A DNA stretch of 64,000 nt from Calditrichaceae bacterium (GTDB lineage Bacteria > Calditrichota > Calditrichia > Calditrichales > JBFXGD01), in the NCBI GenBank assembly GCA_050173015.1, contig JBFXLE010000017.1:30806-94805 (forward strand), given 5' to 3'. The notes beneath the pieces are model-generated. The model ran no database searches, was not told where the DNA came from, and saw only the letters and a program-made list of their open reading frames with translations. Both the position numbers and the translations under genes were made by a program. Positions 10,945-20,515 of the stretch are shown in pieces; position 1 is the stretch's first letter, and every line of letters begins with the position of its first letter.

Positions 10945-12518
10945 TATAACCAGCCCCCTTCTTCGGCGATTCGCCTGGTCCGGGGTAGTTCAATTATAAA
11001 TTCCGTGCCCTTATTCAGTTCACTGGAAACGGTGATCTTGCCGCCGTGTGCTCTCACTATCTGAGATGTTATAAACAATCCCAGTCCGGTACCTTTTACC
11101 GATATTTTCTTTGAATTGGACGCGCGGTAGAGTTTTTCAAAGATATAGGGAATTTCCTCCTTTGGTATCCCGATTCCTTCATCCTTGACAATAATCTGAA
11201 CAGATGAAACGGATTCCTTTATGGTAGCGTGGATAGTTTTCCCCTGATGTGAAAATTTAATCGCGTTACCAATCAAATTATGGAACACATCTTTTAATTT
11301 TTCCTCATCCGCGTCCAGGCTGATAGATTTCGAAGAATAGTTAATTTTAATAAACAATGATTTTTCATTGATAATCGGCGAGAGAATAATGAGTTCCTCG
11401 GTCATTAATTTGACGATTTTTACCGGTGAATAATTCAGTTTTATCTTACTTCTTTCATAGGTGGCGCTGTTAAGGATATTTGTGATCAATTTCTGCAAAT
11501 TCTCGTTATTTGCTTTGATAAGGGCAAGAAATCTTCTTTCCTCCGTAGTGACCTTATCACCTAAAGACGATTCCAGCAATTGTGTGGCTTGTTTTATCGA
11601 TCCGATAGGACTTTTCATCTCGTGTGTAAATTGTGATAACATCGCCGCTTTATAGCCCTGTGATTCCTTAAGCCTTCCGGCGAGCTGTTCAAATGCCTCT
11701 CCCAATTCGCCAATTTCATCATTCGGTTTATCCTTAATTTCAAGATTAAAATCAGTAATCGCCATTTGCTCGATGGCATTTTTGAGTGTATCAATCGGTT
11801 TTGTTAAACGGCGGGCAAAAATAATCGCTACAAAGATTGTGGCCAAAAAGATTATAATTTCGGCGGCGATGATCACCCATTGGGTTTTTTGAGCTATCAT
11901 TGACATCTGAGTGGATTTACTGATACCCCGCTCGCCAATCACTTTGTTTAATTCCGCCAGCGACGCGCGAAGATTTTGAACATCCTTTATGACACGCGTA
12001 TCCCTTAGATATCTGGCATCACTCATTCTGTCTTTTTTTACATAATTGATTGACTTCAAAATAGCGTCATTCACACGCGCCCATTTTTTATCCACACTTT
12101 CACCGAGGTCACTGATTTGACCGGAATAATTTGTTTTTTTCTGGTCACCAACAATATTGTACAGGAACGTGTAAATCCCGCTCAGCATCTGATCATACCA
12201 TGCTTTTTCGTATGGTGTAAGCATCCTTACGCGTAATTTGGACCAGTTTGTTTCGAACTCTGTGCGTGAATTTTCTAAATTTCCGATTCGGTATTCGGAT
12301 GATTTTCCCGGGATAAACAGAAGGACATAATCCGCGTATAAATCTTCAAGACTTTGCAATTGCCGGGATACCTGAATGATGCTGTGAACATCCTGCTGAA
12401 CATGTCCGCGGAGGGATGTGGTCAATTCTCTGATTTCAATAATCAACCACAGCAGAGAAAAACTGAAGAGGACGATTAATAAAAAATAACTGGAAAATAA
12501 TTTAGTCTTTAATTTCAT
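10944..12518 (-). CDS. Membrane sensor histidine kinase (periplasmic helical domain, HAMP, HisKA, HATPase)
   Basis: Two TM segments, HAMP (DEIGELGEAF), H-box THEMKSP, NLIGNAIKF, DEGIGI, GTGLGL. Confidence 0.95.
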   Translation of the reverse strand: MKLKTKLFSSYFLLIVLFSFSLLWLIIEIRELTTSLRGHVQQDVHSIIQVSRQLQSLEDLYADYVLLFIPGKSSEYRIGNLENSRTEFETNWSKLRVRMLTPYEKAWYDQMLSGIYTFLYNIVGDQKKTNYSGQISDLGESVDKKWARVNDAILKSINYVKKDRMSDARYLRDTRVIKDVQNLRASLAELNKVIGERGISKSTQMSMIAQKTQWVIIAAEIIIFLATIFVAIIFARRLTKPIDTLKNAIEQMAITDFNLEIKDKPNDEIGELGEAFEQLAGRLKESQGYKAAMLSQFTHEMKSPIGSIKQATQLLESSLGDKVTTEERRFLALIKANNENLQKLITNILNSATYERSKIKLNYSPVKIVKLMTEELIILSPIINEKSLFIKINYSSKSISLDADEEKLKDVFHNLIGNAIKFSHQGKTIHATIKESVSSVQIIVKDEGIGIPKEEIPYIFEKLYRASNSKKISVKGTGLGLFITSQIVRAHGGKITVSSELNKGTEFIIELPRTRRIAEEGGWL

Positions 12519-12570
12519 TTAATAAAGTAATCGCTGAATCCGATTCAGATAAATGATCAGAATCGATTAA

Positions 12571-13071
12571 TCATGATTTTTCTATGATGAATAAGACCTG
12601 GTTGTACTCAACAGGTTGGGCATTTTCGATTAAAATTTTCACTAGTTTACCGGAAACTTCCGATTCAATCTCATTCATTAATTTCATCGCTTCAACAATA
12701 CATAAGACCTGGCCAACCGCTATCTGTTGACCAACACTGACATAAGGTTCCGCATCCGGTGAGGGCGCGCCGTAAAAAGTACCCACCATCGGTGAACGCA
12801 CCTCATAGGTATTGGTCTTTACCGCTTCCACAGGTCGCGCGGCTATTTCGTCCAGAGAAGCTGCTCCGGAAGGAGCTGGGTACTGTTGAACCTGCGTATT
12901 CTGATGAGCCGCGGAAGGGAACATCTGTACATCGGGCTTATAAATCATGCCGGCATTTGAAGAAACGCTTTTAGTAATCCGGACCTTTTTACCGTCTTCT
13001 TCAATTTCCAGTTCCCCGATATTCGAGTTTTCCACCACTTTTATCAGCTGACGTATTTCTTTCAGATCCAT
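12571..13071 (-). CDS. accB: Biotin carboxyl carrier protein
   Basis: SPMVGTFY, EAMKLMN biotinylation motif. Confidence 0.97.
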   Translation of the reverse strand: MDLKEIRQLIKVVENSNIGELEIEEDGKKVRITKSVSSNAGMIYKPDVQMFPSAAHQNTQVQQYPAPSGAASLDEIAARPVEAVKTNTYEVRSPMVGTFYGAPSPDAEPYVSVGQQIAVGQVLCIVEAMKLMNEIESEVSGKLVKILIENAQPVEYNQVLFIIEKS

Positions 13072-13079
13072 TGCTCCTC

Positions 13080-14162
13080 CTATTTATTTTCAGCAGAAAG
13101 ATTGAATAATTTGTCCAGAAGTTCCTTTATTTCAACATGAAGGCGCTTTTTATAAACACAACCATTGATCTCGTGTTTACCAATAAAATTAAAATTTAGG
13201 TTTTTTATCACATCATCGCAATAAATTATTACAGGAATATCCGAATTTGTTCTCTCATCAGGCCAAATCATATCCAAAATCTTTTCGGACGAACCATAAT
13301 CCAGGATTAGAAAATCAGGCGCTGATTTTGCCAAAAAGCGGATGGTAAACTCTTCAGGTGATGTCACTTTGGAATCAATTCCCATGTTTTTTAAGAATCG
13401 GTTCGTCATAAGCCGCGCGATCCGGTTGGGGTCAACGATAAGCGCTTTTAACTGCTCATCCCGGCAACTTTCCTGTTTTTTTATTTCATCTTTCAGCTTT
13501 GAAGCATCCAGCAGGAGATTCGTGATATTCGCGATAAATTTCCCTTTTCCGATATCATCGCGGTCTTCAAAACGGAATGAAAGAGATGAACTACAGGCCA
13601 GTTGAAGAAAAGCATCCTCCTTAATAATACTGCCATAGGTGGCGCCAACAACTTTCCCTGAGGCAATAACAACTTCTCCGACCCGAATCCGGTTCGCGTT
13701 GTAAAAATGAAAAATCCCGCTGCGGCGGCCCTGTTCTTTTTCCTGAGCCTCAGAAAAGAAAAAATCGATGGTCGTAAGCGTATTGCGGAGACCGGCTTCA
13801 TGTATTCTCAGATTGATTCGTAGCGAGGTTTCATACGCATCGGCGGGCAGATGAAGCACATCCGATGCTCCCTGCTTAAAAAAATCTTCCGTCGATTGCA
13901 TGTGATCTTTCTCCGTTGTAATTCCCATTACGGGCGATCCGATCAGTTCCTGAAGGGCGAGCACGGCAGGGACAAGATGTTTCAGAACCTTTTCCTTTAG
14001 ATTATCCGCAACAATAACCGCGTCCGGTTTTGACTGGGCGCACTTTTTTTTGAGTTCAAACAAGCTCGTAACCTGCGAACAATCGAAACTGAATTCTTTT
14101 AAATTGATCAACAGATTATCAATTTCCTTATTTGGACCTGCCAATACATGAATTTTTTTCAT
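13080..14162 (-). CDS. Atypical REC-like / DUF4388 / REC-like protein
   Basis: Degenerate N-terminal receiver (GASDVLHLP), central RSGIFHF...GKVVGATYG...EDAFLQL DUF4388-like segment, C-terminal ALIVD...PDFLILDY receiver-like. Confidence 0.55.
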   Translation of the reverse strand: MKKIHVLAGPNKEIDNLLINLKEFSFDCSQVTSLFELKKKCAQSKPDAVIVADNLKEKVLKHLVPAVLALQELIGSPVMGITTEKDHMQSTEDFFKQGASDVLHLPADAYETSLRINLRIHEAGLRNTLTTIDFFFSEAQEKEQGRRSGIFHFYNANRIRVGEVVIASGKVVGATYGSIIKEDAFLQLACSSSLSFRFEDRDDIGKGKFIANITNLLLDASKLKDEIKKQESCRDEQLKALIVDPNRIARLMTNRFLKNMGIDSKVTSPEEFTIRFLAKSAPDFLILDYGSSEKILDMIWPDERTNSDIPVIIYCDDVIKNLNFNFIGKHEINGCVYKKRLHVEIKELLDKLFNLSAENK

Positions 14163-14167
14163 AATTT

Positions 14168-15037
14168 TTAATATTCTTTATTTTTTTCGTAAATCCTGGA
14201 AAATTCATCAATCAATACCGGCAATTTCTCATCACTCAGAAGCGTGGTATTCAAACGCGCGTGTTTCAGTTTAAGCATATCGATTTCAGTGGTAATCATT
14301 TCTTCTTTAAAGTATGGCGCGTGATTGATCATATTACCATCAGGCGCGATAAGCGCTGAACCGCCCCAGAACACAAGACCGTCTTCCACCCCGACCCTGT
14401 TGGCGAAAGCAACATAAGAAGTACTCGTAATCGCAAGCGCCTGCAGAAGCGTCTCCCATGCGCGCACATTCTCAGGTTTGGGATTTTCATCTATTCCCCT
14501 TGTAAGCGCGGCTGAACTTACCAGTAATACCGACGCGCCGTCTTGAGCGAGGATCACTCCCGAAGTCGGGTGCCAGATATCCTCGCAAATCAACAGACCA
14601 AAACGGCCAAATTTTGAATCAAACGCCCTGAAGCGGTTTCCCGAACTAAAATACCTTTCTTCCTCAAAAACTCCGTATGTCGGAAGATACACTTTGCGGT
14701 GCCGTGTCAGCAGTTCTCCGTTCTCAAAAAAAAGCGCGGTATTGTAAATTTCATACCGGTCATTTAATTCAACCATTCCGGCCATGATCGATATATGCTT
14801 GCTGAGTTTTTTCAGTTCGTTAAATTTCGTGTCATTTACCGGAACCGCCACATCGTAAACGGCGTCCTTCAGGGAATATCCCGTTAAAGACAATTCCGGG
14901 AATACGATGATATCATTTTTTTCTTCAATCGCCTTATTTATTTCTGAATAATGCTTTTCGAGATTTTTATCAATATCGCCAAGCACAGTATTTATTTGCG
15001 TCATGGCGACATGTATTTTTTGTTTATAAAACTTCAT
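14168..15037 (-). CDS. Carbon-nitrogen hydrolase (nitrilase superfamily; similar to glutaminase domain of NAD synthetase)
   Basis: Catalytic triad motifs VFPEL, RKVYLP, LICEDIW; ANRVG. Confidence 0.88.
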   Translation of the reverse strand: MKFYKQKIHVAMTQINTVLGDIDKNLEKHYSEINKAIEEKNDIIVFPELSLTGYSLKDAVYDVAVPVNDTKFNELKKLSKHISIMAGMVELNDRYEIYNTALFFENGELLTRHRKVYLPTYGVFEEERYFSSGNRFRAFDSKFGRFGLLICEDIWHPTSGVILAQDGASVLLVSSAALTRGIDENPKPENVRAWETLLQALAITSTSYVAFANRVGVEDGLVFWGGSALIAPDGNMINHAPYFKEEMITTEIDMLKLKHARLNTTLLSDEKLPVLIDEFSRIYEKNKEY

Positions 15038-15051
15038 AACAGTGTTTATTC

Positions 15052-16413
15052 TTAATTATTGATACCCTTTGAAGGCGCGGGAATACGTCCGCCACGGCCG
15101 ATAAACTTGGAATTATCGAGTTTGGAGATCGGCATAATCGGCGCGATTCCGAGAAGTCCTCCATAATCGGCGGCCTGCCCCACATCCATACCCGGAACAG
15201 GGATTACCCTGACAGCCGTCGTTTTGTTATTTACCATACCGATGGCGCATTCATCCGCTATAAGTCCGGCAATTGTCGCCGCGGGAGTATCTCCGGGAAT
15301 GGCAACCATATCTATACCCACACTACAGACACTTGTCATTGCTTCCAGTTTTTCGATTGTAATATGTCCCATCTGCGCGGCTTTGATCATGCCTTCGTCT
15401 TCAGAAACGGGGATAAAAGCTCCGCTCATTCCGCCCACATAGGAGGATGCCATCAATCCGCCCCTTTTAACTGAATCATTCAGCAGCGCGAGAGCAGCAG
15501 TCGTTCCCGTGGCGCCCACATCTTCGAGCCCCATTGCTTTTAAAATATCCGCGACACTGTCACCCGGCATGGGTGTCGGCGCGAGAGATAAATCAACGAT
15601 ACCAAATGGAATATTCTGCATCGACGCTACTTTTCTACCCACAAACTCACCGGCCCGTGTAATCTTGAATGCCATTCTGCGAATCCGCTCACCGAGTGAA
15701 GCAAAATCCAGATCCGGCGCTTCCTTGACCGCTCTTAAAATAACCCCCGGACCGCTTATGCCGACATTTACTACTATATCCGGCTCGCTCACTCCGTGAA
15801 AAGCACCGGCAATAAACGGATTATCTTCCGGCGCGTTAGCAAATACAACAAGCTTTGCGCAGCCAATGCCCTGTCTGTCAGCGGTCTTTTCAGCCGTTTG
15901 TTTTATAATCTTTCCCATCAGGCTCACGGCATCCATGTTGATTCCGGCTTTTGTTGTCGCCACATTCACCGATGAACAGACATGTTTTGTCCGGGCCAGC
16001 GCTTCGGGAATGGCATGAATCAGATTCAGATCGCCTTTCGAAAACCCTTTCTGGACTAAGGCGGAGAATCCGCCGAGATAATCAACCCCCAGTTCATCAG
16101 CGGCCTTATCAAGAACTTCCGCGATTTCTATAAAGTCTTCCATAAAATATCCGTCGCCAACGATTGCCACGGGAGTGACAGATATTCTTTTGTTGGCGAT
16201 GGAAATTCCATACTCAGATTCAATTTTTTGGGCTGTTTTTACATGCTCCGCCGCGACCCGCATTATTTTTTCATAGATATTACTTTTCAACTGACTGAGA
16301 TTATCACTGGTACAATCTTTTAAATTGATACCCATCGTCACCGTGCGAATATCAAAATGCTCAACCTCTGTCATTCGAATGGTTTCTAATATTTCTTCCA
16401 TTGCTATCGGCAT
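15052..16413 (-). CDS. PFL-like family protein (UPF0210/DUF711)
   Basis: [49 protein letters not shown]. Confidence 0.9.
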   Translation of the reverse strand: MPIAMEEILETIRMTEVEHFDIRTVTMGINLKDCTSDNLSQLKSNIYEKIMRVAAEHVKTAQKIESEYGISIANKRISVTPVAIVGDGYFMEDFIEIAEVLDKAADELGVDYLGGFSALVQKGFSKGDLNLIHAIPEALARTKHVCSSVNVATTKAGINMDAVSLMGKIIKQTAEKTADRQGIGCAKLVVFANAPEDNPFIAGAFHGVSEPDIVVNVGISGPGVILRAVKEAPDLDFASLGERIRRMAFKITRAGEFVGRKVASMQNIPFGIVDLSLAPTPMPGDSVADILKAMGLEDVGATGTTAALALLNDSVKRGGLMASSYVGGMSGAFIPVSEDEGMIKAAQMGHITIEKLEAMTSVCSVGIDMVAIPGDTPAATIAGLIADECAIGMVNNKTTAVRVIPVPGMDVGQAADYGGLLGIAPIMPISKLDNSKFIGRGGRIPAPSKGINN

Positions 16414-16416
16414 AAT

Positions 16417-16872
16417 CTACACCCTATGCATTGCATTAAAAATTTCTTCGTGCTGGACAATTACTTTCAAATCAAACTCTTCTCCTGCTCGGATCATCTC
16501 TGATTTTATAAACTCAAAATCAACATCACACTCTGAGATATCCACCAGCAGCATTACGGTAAAAAATTCCTGCAGAATTTTTTGTGATAAATCAATAATA
16601 TTACAAGTATGCTTTGCTAAAATGCCGGTCAATCCTGAAAGAATTCCGGGCCGGTCTTTACCAAACGCGGTAATGATAATCCGGTTTTTGGATCTTTTGG
16701 CACTTTCTTTCTGCAGAGATTTCAAATCCTGTGTTACATTACTCTCTTTATCGATCTTACTAACCGCATTTTTAACGACTGTTTCAATGACTTCGGGATT
16801 TGCGGCTTTTCCCAGCTGTTTAAGTGCTTCTTCAGCAAGTTTACGGATATCGCTTTCAGTTATATTTGCCAT
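16417..16872 (-). CDS. ACT-domain protein (UPF0237) with ~60-aa N-terminal extension
   Basis: IIITAFGKDRPGI...NIIDLSQKI...QHEEIFNAMHRV; normally paired with UPF0210; ATG at 16872. Confidence 0.88.
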   Translation of the reverse strand: MANITESDIRKLAEEALKQLGKAANPEVIETVVKNAVSKIDKESNVTQDLKSLQKESAKRSKNRIIITAFGKDRPGILSGLTGILAKHTCNIIDLSQKILQEFFTVMLLVDISECDVDFEFIKSEMIRAGEEFDLKVIVQHEEIFNAMHRV

Positions 16873-16913
16873 AATCAATTTCCAGACAGTTAATGTAAGT
16901 ATATTTAAATTTA

Positions 16914-17240
16914 TTATTTACCTTTTGAATCATCGAGAGATTTCAGCTTTGGATCTATCAGCGCTGCATCCACATCTACCCTGTCAACGATGGCCACTAC
17001 AGCCGCTTCAATGCTCACAGAAGAAGGATCATCCGGGGAGATTGCCTGCCGCGCTGCATGGCCGTAAGCGCAAATGACCACTTCTCCAACACCGGCCCCC
17101 AATAAGTCTGCTACGACAACCACATCTGTTAGCGGCGCTTTTTTCAGATTTAACGGATTTACAATCAGGAAACGTAAGTTTTTTAAATTATCCGTTTTCT
17201 TTGTCGCCCAAACCGAACCGACTACTTTTCCTAAAAACAA
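16914..17240 (-). CDS. Bacterial microcompartment vertex (pentamer) protein, EutN/CcmL family
   Basis: FLGKVVGSVWATKK...VADLLGAGVGEVV...GHAAR...IEAAVVAIVD; probable TTG start at 17240. Confidence 0.92.
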   Translation of the reverse strand: MFLGKVVGSVWATKKTDNLKNLRFLIVNPLNLKKAPLTDVVVVADLLGAGVGEVVICAYGHAARQAISPDDPSSVSIEAAVVAIVDRVDVDAALIDPKLKSLDDSKGK

Positions 17241-17386
17241 AATGTGTCCCTTCCCGTTATGATTTCTTCGCTCTGTTCCATCTCTGAAATCTTCCAAAAA
17301 TCAGGAATATTAAAGGAATCTAATGTATTTTACATTTATTCGCAACCATTATATCTAAAGAGATTCGGAACATAAGTATATTAAAT

Positions 17387-17986
17387 TTACTGACTTAGAT
17401 ATAGATTGTTATTAATAATAAAATCATAAACGGCATCCGATACAAGACTGCGAAAGGAACTTTTCTTCCTGATGCGATGTCTGATGTGCGTCGATGAAAT
17501 ATCTATGGTCGGGCTGTCAACATATAGAAGATTTTTATGCTGGAAGGGTTCTGTAAATGGAGAAGATGACCGGTTGAATACAACCAGGTAAGCCATGCGA
17601 AGTATCTGATGCGGTTCCTTCCATGAGAGGAATTCCTTGAGATTATCCGCGCCTATGAAATAATACAGGTCCTTGTCCGGGTATTTTTCTTTGAAGTATT
17701 GGACCGTATCTACGGTATATGAGATTCCTTTTCTGTCCAACTCAATGGAACTGATCTCAAATTGCGGATACCTATTTAGAGCAAGGCGAAGCATTTCCAT
17801 TCTTACTTCACCCGGGGTTATATCCTTACGTTTACCAAAGGGATGTCTGTAATTTGGGATAAAAACGGTTTTTTGAAGACCGAGCGAATCGGTCAGCCAC
17901 TCAGCAACCACAAGATGTCCGAGATGAACGGGATCAAAAGTCCCGCCAAAGAGTCCAAGCCCTTTGGCATCTTTCTTATCACTCAT
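17387..17986 (-). CDS. nadD: Nicotinate-nucleotide adenylyltransferase
   Basis: GGTFDPVHLGH, SYTVDT, IGADN, ISSTHIR. Confidence 0.95.
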   Translation of the reverse strand: MSDKKDAKGLGLFGGTFDPVHLGHLVVAEWLTDSLGLQKTVFIPNYRHPFGKRKDITPGEVRMEMLRLALNRYPQFEISSIELDRKGISYTVDTVQYFKEKYPDKDLYYFIGADNLKEFLSWKEPHQILRMAYLVVFNRSSSPFTEPFQHKNLLYVDSPTIDISSTHIRHRIRKKSSFRSLVSDAVYDFIINNNLYLSQ

Positions 17987-18734
17987 TCTCTTCGGCTCTC
18001 ACCACACTGTCAACAAGACCAGCCCCCGCCGGCGTCAATGTGCTCGACGGAAATTGGATTTTGAACTTTTCTATCTCTTTTTTAGCTGATTGTTTGTCCT
18101 TTAATTCGAGATAGGTTTCTATCTTGCCGTTTAGCGCGTCATCAGCCCATTCAGTATCATAATATTTGCCCAGAATCAGATCGTAATAGATTAATGCCGC
18201 GGAATACCGGTGCATTTTTCTGTATATTGACGCATTTTGCAGATCTTTTTTTGCTAATTTTGAACGCAATGCCGCGATCTTTTTTTCAGCATCTTCCTTC
18301 AGCTCGTGCGTGGGAAAATCTTCTATGAATATTTGATACTCGCGGATGGCCTTAAAAGAATATTTTTGGTCGAGGGATGCCCTTGGTGACATTTCATTAT
18401 AGCACTCACCTATCTTGTACTGCGCCTCCGCCAAAAGCGGGCTTTTACTCATGTCACTGACAAGTTTTCCAAATTCCACGGCGGCAACAAGATATTCGCC
18501 CATTTTATAGTGTGAATCCGCAAGATAGAATTGCGCGCTGTCCGCGACCACGCTACCGGCGAATCTTAATACTACAACGGTAAATTCATTAACCGCGTCA
18601 TAATAGTCTTTATCCTGATATTTTTTCATTGCGTATTTAAAATATTCAGTCGCTGTCCAGTCCATACGGTTTTTTTTGGGCGCGCAACTGAATAGAAGTG
18701 CTGCCAGAACTGATAATATGATTATTTTTCGCAA
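17979..18734 (-). CDS. bamD: Outer membrane protein assembly lipoprotein
   Basis: Lipobox LFSC, TPRs, PRASLDQKYS, YRKMHRYSAALIYY. Confidence 0.85.
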   Translation of the reverse strand: MRKIIILSVLAALLFSCAPKKNRMDWTATEYFKYAMKKYQDKDYYDAVNEFTVVVLRFAGSVVADSAQFYLADSHYKMGEYLVAAVEFGKLVSDMSKSPLLAEAQYKIGECYNEMSPRASLDQKYSFKAIREYQIFIEDFPTHELKEDAEKKIAALRSKLAKKDLQNASIYRKMHRYSAALIYYDLILGKYYDTEWADDALNGKIETYLELKDKQSAKKEIEKFKIQFPSSTLTPAGAGLVDSVVRAEENE

Positions 18735-18817
18735 ATTCCATACTCCTGATTTAGGTACTGCATTCGTTTTACTTCCCGAAATGAAAATTTATTCTTCAAT
18801 ATTCAGGTTTTATATAG

Positions 18818-19459
18818 TTAGCTCCGCACGGCAAAAAACAAATAGATGGCAGTCGAAACCGATAAAAAAACGATTATCGGTTCAAATAGTTTCGTCCATC
18901 CTGACGCGGAAGCCAGTTTCCCCTTTAAAAAGGGATAAGTCCCGTCTTCAACTTTTTTTAATTGATCACGATCTATTAAATCAGTGAAAGAATTTGTAAA
19001 TTTGATTGCTTTCACTTGAATATCACTCATCTTTGACTCAGCCCAGCCTTCCATTTCAACACTGCATATTCTGCGAACAGAACTGCTGACGCCAAGAAAT
19101 TGTTTTGTATCCTGAATGTAAACGACATTAATGTTTAATTGTTCAATGAAAATAGCAACGTCTGCCGTATCGACGCTGATACTTATGCCTCTCATGGAAA
19201 AATATTGTATCATCTGGTTTTTAATGAATAGTTCTTTTTCCGCTCCGATCCGGTCAGCCTGAATGGAAAGTCCTCCGCCGTTTACGGGTAATGGCAAATC
19301 TAATGAGTCAAAATACTGTTTGATCAGTCTTCCAACTACATCGCGATTGGATTCCGGTTCGCCGCCCTGTCCGAAACAGGGAAACAGCAGTATCGACATT
19401 AATAAAATTATTCTTAAAAACACGGTGATAAAGTTAGCCACAATATGCATTCCATGCAA
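18818..19459 (-). CDS. Hypothetical exported/membrane protein
   Basis: N-terminal hydrophobic leader and C-terminal TM; start uncertain. Confidence 0.6.
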   Translation of the reverse strand: MHGMHIVANFITVFLRIILLMSILLFPCFGQGGEPESNRDVVGRLIKQYFDSLDLPLPVNGGGLSIQADRIGAEKELFIKNQMIQYFSMRGISISVDTADVAIFIEQLNINVVYIQDTKQFLGVSSSVRRICSVEMEGWAESKMSDIQVKAIKFTNSFTDLIDRDQLKKVEDGTYPFLKGKLASASGWTKLFEPIIVFLSVSTAIYLFFAVRS

Positions 19460-19594
19460 CTATTTATAAGCGGGAAATCAGCAGGATTTTGACCATCAGG
19501 GCCTATAAACCCAAAGGGTTCTCATGAGAACGATAAAACTATTTCTGCCATTTCTGTTCAGGGCTGAATACACCATATAACCCCAGAAATCGGA

Positions 19595-20395
19595 TCATAT
19601 GGAAAAATGATACCCCGCGGCGGCCAATATGACATACACAGCGCCAAAAATAAACTCCTGAATTCCAATCGATTTCGGCAGCTGATTCCGGAAAACCGGC
19701 AAAATTCCTGTCTCTGAACGCGCCGCAAGAAGGACAACACCAATTACAGCTAAGAGCGGTATTCTTTTTATATAATACAAAACGATAAATATAATAATTA
19801 TAGCTGAATGCGCTAAACGCTGAATACCAATACGGGCCTCTTCTTTACGTCTCAGGTTTAACCGGTTTCTCACGTACAGAGTAGTAGTCAATGACCGCCC
19901 CATACTGATGATCCACAGAAACAGAGCGTCAAATATTATCCAGCCGCCGGCCATTGCGATAAGTGAACTCATCATCGCGAACGCGGCTGCGCCCGACAAT
20001 TCCGGCAACAGGCTTTTCGCCTGATTCAATGTGTCATAAATGATGTAAACGATAATCAACGGGAATATCATCACCATCGGTATGAGCAGCATCTGACCCG
20101 CGATCAGCAGGACATATCCAAATCCGATGAGGCCTGACAAAAGATAAAAAATTGAAAAATTACGCGCGTACCGGGCTTTAATTACATTCTTTCCGGATTC
20201 TTTTTCTCTCAGCCATATCTTTAGAGAATTTCTCGACATAAAGGCCGCCATCGCGGCAATACCAAGAATCAACCCGTTAAACGAAAAAACGATTAAAAGA
20301 CCCAAAAAAACGGGTTCAAGTGTATATCCCCAGCTTCCGTGTTCCTGTGGCAGGGCGATTTTTCTTAAATTTATTTCTTGTTTTGCTGTTTTCAT
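19595..20395 (-). CDS. YwiC-like membrane protein
   Basis: ALPQEHGSWG N-terminal motif, multiple TMs, KSIGIQE near C-terminus. Confidence 0.8.
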   Translation of the reverse strand: MKTAKQEINLRKIALPQEHGSWGYTLEPVFLGLLIVFSFNGLILGIAAMAAFMSRNSLKIWLREKESGKNVIKARYARNFSIFYLLSGLIGFGYVLLIAGQMLLIPMVMIFPLIIVYIIYDTLNQAKSLLPELSGAAAFAMMSSLIAMAGGWIIFDALFLWIISMGRSLTTTLYVRNRLNLRRKEEARIGIQRLAHSAIIIIFIVLYYIKRIPLLAVIGVVLLAARSETGILPVFRNQLPKSIGIQEFIFGAVYVILAAAGYHFSI

Positions 20396-20477
20396 CCTAA
20401 TGAAACTCTTTGCCGCCTGTCCCGCATAAATATTAATTCCGGACTATTACTTTTTTTGTGCTCAATGATTGAGATAT

Positions 20478-20505
20478 AAAAAATCCCGGCAAACAGGATT
20501 TTTTT
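20478..20505 (-). terminator. Probable intrinsic terminator after M28 peptidase
   Basis: AAAAAATCCTG-loop-CGGGATTTTTT hairpin. Confidence 0.6.
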
Positions 20506-20515
20506 CAGACACTAT

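Noticed and set aside
19517-19532. parS site
   Set aside because: The palindrome matches the GTTtCACGTGaAAC consensus only at its ends
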